DNA of 64,000 nucleotides from Escherichia coli (GTDB lineage Bacteria; Pseudomonadota; Gammaproteobacteria; Enterobacterales; Enterobacteriaceae): NCBI RefSeq assembly GCF_003018115.1, contig NZ_CP027457.1; one strand, 5' to 3'. Shown piece by piece: positions 57,731 to 64,000 of this stretch (position 1 is its first letter; each line of letters starts with the position of its first letter). The notes under the pieces were generated by a model. It saw only the letters and a program-made list of their open reading frames with translations, ran no database searches and was not told where the DNA came from. The position numbers and the translations under genes were made by a program.

Positions 57731-58996
57731 ATGAGCAACAATGAATTCCATCAGCGTCGTCTTTCTGCCACCCCGCGCGGGGTTGGCGTGATGTGTAACT
57801 TCTTCGCCCAGTCGGCTGAAAACGCCACGCTGAAGGATGTTGAGGGCAACGAGTACATCGATTTCGCCGCAGGCATTGCGGTGCTGAACACGGGGCATCG
57901 CCACCCTGAATTGGTCGCGGCGGTGGAGCAGCAACTGCAACAGTTTACCCACACCGCGTACCAGATTGTGCCGTATGAAAGCTACGTCACCCTGGCAGAG
58001 AAAATTAACGCCTTTGCCCCATTGAGCGGGCAGGCTAAAACCGCGTTCTTCACCACCGGTGCGGAAGCGGTGGAAAACGCGGTGAAAATCGCCCGCGCCC
58101 ATACCGGACGCCCTGGCGTGATTGCGTTTAGCGGCGGCTTTCACGGTCGTACGTATATGACTATGGCGTTAACTGGAAAGGTCGCGCCGTACAAAATCGG
58201 CTTCGGCCCGTTCCCTGGTTCGGTGTATCACGTACCTTATCCGTCAGATTTACACGGTATTTCAACACAGGACTCCCTCGACGCCATCGAACGCTTGTTT
58301 AAATCAGACATCGAAGCGAAGCAGGTCGCGGCCATTATTTTCGAACCGGTGCAGGGCGAGGGCGGTTTCAACGTTGCACCCAAAGAGCTGGTTGCCGCCA
58401 TTCGCCGCCTGTGCGACGAGCACGGTATTGTGATGATTGCTGATGAAGTGCAAAGCGGCTTTGCGCGTACCGGTAAGCTGTTTGCCATGGAACATTACGC
58501 CGATAAGCCGGATTTAATGACGATGGCGAAAAGCCTCGCGGGCGGGATGCCGCTTTCGGGCGTGGTCGGTAATGCGAATATTATGGACGCGCCCGCGCCG
58601 GGCGGGTTGGGTGGCACCTACGCCGGGAACCCGCTGGCGGTGGCTGCCGCGCACGCGGTACTCAACATTATCGACAAAGAATCGCTCTGCGAACGCGCGA
58701 ATCAACTGGGCCAGCGTCTGACAAACACGTTGATTGATGCCAAAGAAAGCGTTCCGGCCATCGCGGCGGTACGCGGCCTGGGGTCTATGATCGCGGCAGA
58801 GTTTAACGATCCGCAAACGGGCGAGCCGTCAGCGGCGATTGCACAGAAAATCCAGCAACGCGCGCTGGCGCAGGGGCTGCTCCTGCTGACCTGTGGCGCA
58901 TACGGCAACGTGATTCGCTTCCTGTATCCGCTGACCATCCCGGATGCGCAATTCGATGCGGCAATGAAAATTTTGCAGGATGCGCTGAGCGATTAA
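57731..58996 (+). CDS. puuE: 4-aminobutyrate aminotransferase
   Basis: 421 aa class-III aminotransferase. Confidence 0.9.
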   Translation: MSNNEFHQRRLSATPRGVGVMCNFFAQSAENATLKDVEGNEYIDFAAGIAVLNTGHRHPELVAAVEQQLQQFTHTAYQIVPYESYVTLAEKINAFAPLSGQAKTAFFTTGAEAVENAVKIARAHTGRPGVIAFSGGFHGRTYMTMALTGKVAPYKIGFGPFPGSVYHVPYPSDLHGISTQDSLDAIERLFKSDIEAKQVAAIIFEPVQGEGGFNVAPKELVAAIRRLCDEHGIVMIADEVQSGFARTGKLFAMEHYADKPDLMTMAKSLAGGMPLSGVVGNANIMDAPAPGGLGGTYAGNPLAVAAAHAVLNIIDKESLCERANQLGQRLTNTLIDAKESVPAIAAVRGLGSMIAAEFNDPQTGEPSAAIAQKIQQRALAQGLLLLTCGAYGNVIRFLYPLTIPDAQFDAAMKILQDALSD

Positions 58997-59012
58997 TAGC
59001 CCAACGCAATAA

Positions 59013-59092
59013 TGTCTGATGCGCTGCGCTTATCAGGCCTGCAAACGACGTTGATTATGTATGCCGGATAAAGCATTCACGCCGCATCCGGC
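59013..59092. repeat. BIME: two REP units in inverted orientation
   Basis: gtctgatgcgctgcgcttatcaggcctgc and atgccggataaagcattcacgccgcatccggcaag. Confidence 0.6.
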
Positions 59093-59113
59093 AAGTTGTA
59101 TTGCCCAACTTCG

Positions 59114-60091
59114 CTAAATCTGGTGCTTTTTCAACAACGCGCGGAACTGATGATAGGTTAACCCCAGTAATTCAGCCGCGCGCTTCTGGTTATATTTCCC
59201 TTGTTGCAAACTGAGTTGCAGCAACTCTTTTTCCTGCTGCATCTGAAACTCACGTAAATCCAGCGGCAGTGTTGGAAGCGAGGTGGTTTCTGAAACGGCG
59301 ATAGCGTCTTCAGGCGGACGCCGTTTAAAGGGATCAATAATGATGTCATCAAGCGGATAATCGCTGGTGCCGTGGCGATACACTGAACGTTCCACCACGT
59401 TTTTCAATTCACGAATATTTCCCGGCCAACGATAATTCAGCAATGTTTCTCTGGCGCGCTCCGTAAACCCCGGGAACAGAGGCAGCTTGATTTCCCGACA
59501 CATCTGGATGGCAAAGTGTTCTGCCATCAACATTATGTCGCTTTCGCGCTCGCGCAGTGGTGGCAGTTGCACTACATCGAAAGCCAGCCGGTCGAGCAGG
59601 TCTGCGCGAAAAGTGCCTTCATTGACCATCGCCGGGAGATCGGCATTCGTCGCGCATACCAACCGCACATTCACCTGCAACGGCTGGCTGCCGCCAACGC
59701 GTTCCAGTTCACCGTACTCAATCACGCGCAATAATTTTTCCTGCACCATCATCGGTGCAGTAGCGAGTTCATCAAGAAATAGCGTACCGCCGTCGGCACG
59801 TTCAAATCTCCCTGGATGACGTTTTTGCGCACCGGTAAACGCGCCCGCTTCGTGACCAAACAGTTCGGAATCCAGCAGATTTTCATTTAACGCCGCGCAG
59901 TTAAGGGAAATAAACGGCCCTTGCCAACGGGAGGAGAGATAATGCAGGCGGCTGGCGATCAGCTCTTTACCGGTGCCGCGCTCGCCGATGATGAGCACAG
60001 GTTTGTCCAGCGGTGCGAGATGCGAAACCTGTTCCAGCACTTCGAGAAAGCTGTTCGCCTCACCAAGTAAATTATCTTTGTATTCTGCCAT
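59114..60091 (-). CDS. pspF: Sigma-54 dependent activator of the psp operon
   Basis: 325 aa from MAEYKDNLLGEANSF...; AAA+ GERGTGKE; C-terminal HTH. Confidence 0.95.
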   Translation of the reverse strand: MAEYKDNLLGEANSFLEVLEQVSHLAPLDKPVLIIGERGTGKELIASRLHYLSSRWQGPFISLNCAALNENLLDSELFGHEAGAFTGAQKRHPGRFERADGGTLFLDELATAPMMVQEKLLRVIEYGELERVGGSQPLQVNVRLVCATNADLPAMVNEGTFRADLLDRLAFDVVQLPPLRERESDIMLMAEHFAIQMCREIKLPLFPGFTERARETLLNYRWPGNIRELKNVVERSVYRHGTSDYPLDDIIIDPFKRRPPEDAIAVSETTSLPTLPLDLREFQMQQEKELLQLSLQQGKYNQKRAAELLGLTYHQFRALLKKHQI

Positions 60092-60185
60092 GATGAAATT
60101 CGCCACTTGTTAGTGTAATTCGCTAACTCATCCTGGCATGTTGCTGTTGATTCTTCAATCAGATCTTTATAAATCAAAAAGATAA

Positions 60186-60926
<741 letters not shown>

Positions 60927-60979
60927 TAACATCCAGGCGGCGTCCGAAAGCGCCGCCGCTCATCGTCTAAGGAGTACTT

Positions 60980-61204
60980 ATGAGCGCGCTATTTCTGGCT
61001 ATTCCATTAACCATTTTTGTGCTGTTTGTTTTACCGATCTGGTTATGGCTGCATTACAGCAATCGTTCTGGTCGCAGTGAATTGTCGCAAAGTGAGCAGC
61101 AGCGATTAGCGCAACTGGCTGATGAAGCAAAACGGATGCGCGAACGTATTCAGGCGCTGGAATCTATTCTTGATGCAGAACATCCGAACTGGAGGGATCG
61201 CTAA
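60980..61204 (+). CDS. pspB: Phage shock protein B
   Basis: 74 aa with one transmembrane helix. Confidence 0.9.
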   Translation: MSALFLAIPLTIFVLFVLPIWLWLHYSNRSGRSELSQSEQQRLAQLADEAKRMRERIQALESILDAEHPNWRDR

Positions 61205-61563
61205 TGGCGGGCATTAATCTCAATAAAAAATTATGGCGTATTCCACAGCAGGGCATGGTCCGTGGCGTCTGCGCCGGGATTGCCAACTATTTTGATATAC
61301 CGGTAAAACTGGTGCGTATCCTGGTGGTGCTGTCGATTTTCTTCGGTCTGGCGCTGTTTACCCTGGTTGCTTACATCATTTTGTCATTTGCGCTTGATCC
61401 AATGCCGGACAACATGGCCTTTGGTGAGCAGCTACCTTCTAGCAGTGAATTGCTGGATGAAGTCGACCGTGAACTGGCGGCAAGTGAAACGCGTTTACGC
61501 GAGATGGAACGTTATGTCACTTCCGATACATTCACGTTACGTAGCCGTTTCCGCCAACTGTGA
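61204..61563 (+). CDS. pspC: Phage shock protein C
   Basis: 119 aa; overlapping start with pspB stop. Confidence 0.9.
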
Positions 61564-61571
61564 GGAAAGTT

Positions 61572-61793
61572 ATGAATACTCGCTGGCAACAGGCCGGGCA
61601 AAAGGTAAAGCCTGGTTTCAAATTAGCAGGCAAGCTGGTTCTTCTTACCGCACTGCGCTATGGCCCAGCGGGTGTGGCGGGCTGGGCGATAAAATCAGTT
61701 GCTCGCCGACCGCTGAAAATGTTGCTGGCTGTGGCGCTGGAACCGCTGTTAAGTCGGGCTGCTAATAAACTGGCACAGCGTTATAAAAGGTGA
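61572..61793 (+). CDS. pspD: Phage shock protein D
   Basis: 73 aa from [16 protein letters not shown]... Confidence 0.85.
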
Positions 61794-61867
61794 GGGGAGT
61801 TTCGCAAAAATTGTTAAATCTCAGGCCTATAATGGATGGCAATTTTCATCCATAGAAGGACGCTTAC

Positions 61868-62182
61868 ATGTTTAAAAAAGGCTTACTTGCTCTGGCACTG
61901 GTGTTTTCACTGCCCGTTTTTGCCGCTGAACACTGGATCGATGTTCGTGTTCCAGAGCAGTATCAGCAAGAGCACGTTCAGGGGGCCATCAATATTCCCC
62001 TGAAGGAAGTGAAAGAGCGCATTGCCACCGCCGTTCCGGATAAAAACGACACCGTGAAAGTGTATTGCAATGCCGGACGCCAGTCAGGGCAGGCAAAAGA
62101 GATCCTTAGCGAGATGGGATATACCCACGTTGAGAACGCCGGTGGCCTGAAAGACATCGCAATGCCGAAGGTCAAAGGTTAA
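61868..62182 (+). CDS. pspE: Periplasmic rhodanese (thiosulfate sulfurtransferase)
   Basis: 104 aa with signal peptide and active-site Cys (YCNAGRQS). Confidence 0.9.
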   Translation: MFKKGLLALALVFSLPVFAAEHWIDVRVPEQYQQEHVQGAINIPLKEVKERIATAVPDKNDTVKVYCNAGRQSGQAKEILSEMGYTHVENAGGLKDIAMPKVKG

Positions 62183-62196
62183 AAGAATTCACCATG

Positions 62197-62222
62197 AGCG
62201 GCGCTTATGCGCCGTTTTTTTC
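62197..62222 (+). terminator. psp operon terminator
   Basis: cggcgc / gcgccg stem with ttat loop followed by T8. Confidence 0.6.
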
Positions 62223-62392
62223 TGTCACACCTTATTTACATCCCCATAGATTATTTGCGTCAGCTCACAAATACGCTTTTTCCCTGGTAAAAAATGATTT
62301 CCTGCGTGACTAAAACCCTTGTGCTCAATTGACAGTTTATTTTCTGCGGAGTAGTCTCTCGTTTCATGGGACCGCTACCACGGAAAGGCGAC

Positions 62393-64000
62393 ATGAAACA
62401 GAAAATTACGGATTACCTGGACGAAATCTACGGTGGAACATTTACCGCAACTCATTTACAGAAACTTGTAACGCGTCTTGAGAGTGCGAAACGATTAATT
62501 ACACAGCGACGTAAAAAACACTGGGATGAAAGTGATGTCGTGTTAATCACCTATGCCGATCAATTTCACAGCAATGATTTAAAACCATTACCCACATTTA
62601 ATCAGTTTTATCATCAATGGCTGCAAAGCATTTTTTCACATGTTCATTTGTTGCCGTTTTATCCATGGTCATCTGATGATGGCTTTTCGGTAATTGATTA
62701 TCATCAGGTCGCCAGTGAAGCGGGGGAGTGGCAGGATATTCAGCAACTCGGTGAATGCAGTCATTTAATGTTTGATTTTGTCTGCAACCATATGTCGGCA
62801 AAAAGTGAATGGTTTAAAAACTATTTACAACAGCATCCAGGTTTTGAAGATTTTTTTATTGCCGTTGACCCGCAAACCGATCTCAGCGCCGTCACTCGCC
62901 CGCGTGCGTTACCGTTATTAACGCCATTCCAGATGCGCGATCATTCAACGCGCCATTTATGGACCACCTTTAGTGACGATCAAATTGACCTGAATTACCG
63001 TAGCCCTGAAGTGTTGCTGGCGATGGTGGATGTTTTACTCTGTTACCTTGCGAAAGGTGCTGAGTATGTCCGCCTGGATGCCGTTGGCTTTATGTGGAAA
63101 GAGCCGGGAACAAGCTGCATCCATCTGGAAAAAACACATCTGATTATCAAGCTGTTACGGTCGATTATTAATGACGTAGCACCAGGTACAGTGATCATTA
63201 CCGAAACCAATGTTCCGCACAAAGACAACATTGCTTACTTTGGCAACGGTGATGACGAAGCGCATATGGTGTACCAGTTCTCGCTGCCGCCGCTGGTGTT
63301 ACATGCGGTGCAAAAACAGAACGTCGAGGCGCTGTGCCAGTGGGCGCAAAGTCTGAGCTTGCCCTCAGATAACACCACCTGGTTTAACTTCCTCGCCTCT
63401 CACGATGGCATCGGGCTAAACCCGCTACGGGGCTTGTTGCCTGAAAGCGAAATATTAGAGCTGGTCGAGGCGTTACAGCAGGAAGGTGCATTAGTAAACT
63501 GGAAAAATAATCCCGACGGTACACGCAGTCCGTATGAAATAAATGTGACCTATATGAATGCGTTAAGCCGCCGTGAGAGTAGCGATGAAGAACGTTGCGC
63601 CAGGTTTATTCTCGCCCATGCGATTTTGTTAAGTTTCCCTGGTGTGCCAGCGATATATATTCAAAGTATTCTTGGCTCGCGTAATGATTACGCAGGTGTC
63701 GAAAAACTCGGATATAACCGTGCGATTAACCGTAAAAAATATCACAGTAAACAGATAACCCGAGAACTGAACGATGAAGCTACATTAAGGCATGCGGTAT
63801 ATCATGAGTTGTCGCGTTTAATTACACTTCGTCGCAGCCATAACGAGTTTTATCCGGATAATAATTTTACCATCGATACGATTAATTCATCCGTAATGCG
63901 TATTCAAAGAAGTAACGCTGATGGTAATTGTCTGACTGGATTGTTTAATGTCAGTAAAAATATTCAGCATGTAAATATTACTAATCTGCATGGTCGGGAT
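62393..64000 (+). CDS. ycjM: Sucrose-phosphorylase-like glycoside phosphorylase YcjM (3' end outside window)
   Basis: ATG at 62393, MKQKITDYLDEIYGG...; frame stays open to the window end, which is why it is absent from the ORF track. Confidence 0.8.
   Translation, partial: MKQKITDYLDEIYGGTFTATHLQKLVTRLESAKRLITQRRKKHWDESDVVLITYADQFHSNDLKPLPTFNQFYHQWLQSIFSHVHLLPFYPWSSDDGFSVIDYHQVASEAGEWQDIQQLGECSHLMFDFVCNHMSAKSEWFKNYLQQHPGFEDFFIAVDPQTDLSAVTRPRALPLLTPFQMRDHSTRHLWTTFSDDQIDLNYRSPEVLLAMVDVLLCYLAKGAEYVRLDAVGFMWKEPGTSCIHLEKTHLIIKLLRSIINDVAPGTVIITETNVPHKDNIAYFGNGDDEAHMVYQFSLPPLVLHAVQKQNVEALCQWAQSLSLPSDNTTWFNFLASHDGIGLNPLRGLLPESEILELVEALQQEGALVNWKNNPDGTRSPYEINVTYMNALSRRESSDEERCARFILAHAILLSFPGVPAIYIQSILGSRNDYAGVEKLGYNRAINRKKYHSKQITRELNDEATLRHAVYHELSRLITLRRSHNEFYPDNNFTIDTINSSVMRIQRSNADGNCLTGLFNVSKNIQHVNITNLHGRD

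Noticed and set aside
43423-59092. Possible CRISPR array among the repeated elements (intergenic repeats at 43423-43620, REP/BIME at 49539-49980 and 59013-59092)
   Set aside because: The repeats are isolated palindromic units without regular repeat-spacer periodicity and no cas genes are nearby

Overview
The window has two parts. Positions 1-6820 are the right arm of a lambdoid prophage: the 3' part of a J-like host-specificity gene, a lom-like outer-membrane 'moron', a tail-fibre gene with a long collagen-like Gly-X-Y repeat, a P2 gpG-like tail-fibre assembly gene, a small unknown ORF bracketed by hairpins, and a decayed antirepressor-like gene. The prophage abuts a displaced 3' fragment of ompW, so the insertion is inside ompW. 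From about 6.9 kb onward the sequence is collinear with the Escherichia coli K-12 trp-psp chromosomal region as I remember it: yciE-yciF-yciG, trpLEDCBA with its promoter, operator and attenuator, trpH-yciO-yciQ-rluB, btuR-yciK, sohB, yciN, topA, cysB, ymiA-yciX, acnA, ribA, pgpB, lapA-lapB, pyrF-yciH, osmB, yciT, yciZ, pdeR, rnb, yciW, fabI, ycjD, sapFDCBA, ymjA, the puu cluster, pspF and pspABCDE, and the 5' part of ycjM. I did not find an unambiguous novel system such as a defence island, CRISPR array or toxin-antitoxin pair. The observations most worth checking are (i) an ORF6N/antirepressor-like prophage gene broken by one in-frame amber codon and two homopolymer frameshifts, (ii) a -1 frameshift in a poly-C tract near the 5' end of sapA while sapBCDF are intact, (iii) the prophage/ompW junction, and (iv) a GC-rich island with nested inverted repeats next to the junction. 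All identifications are from reading the sequence and recalling protein families; no database search was run.
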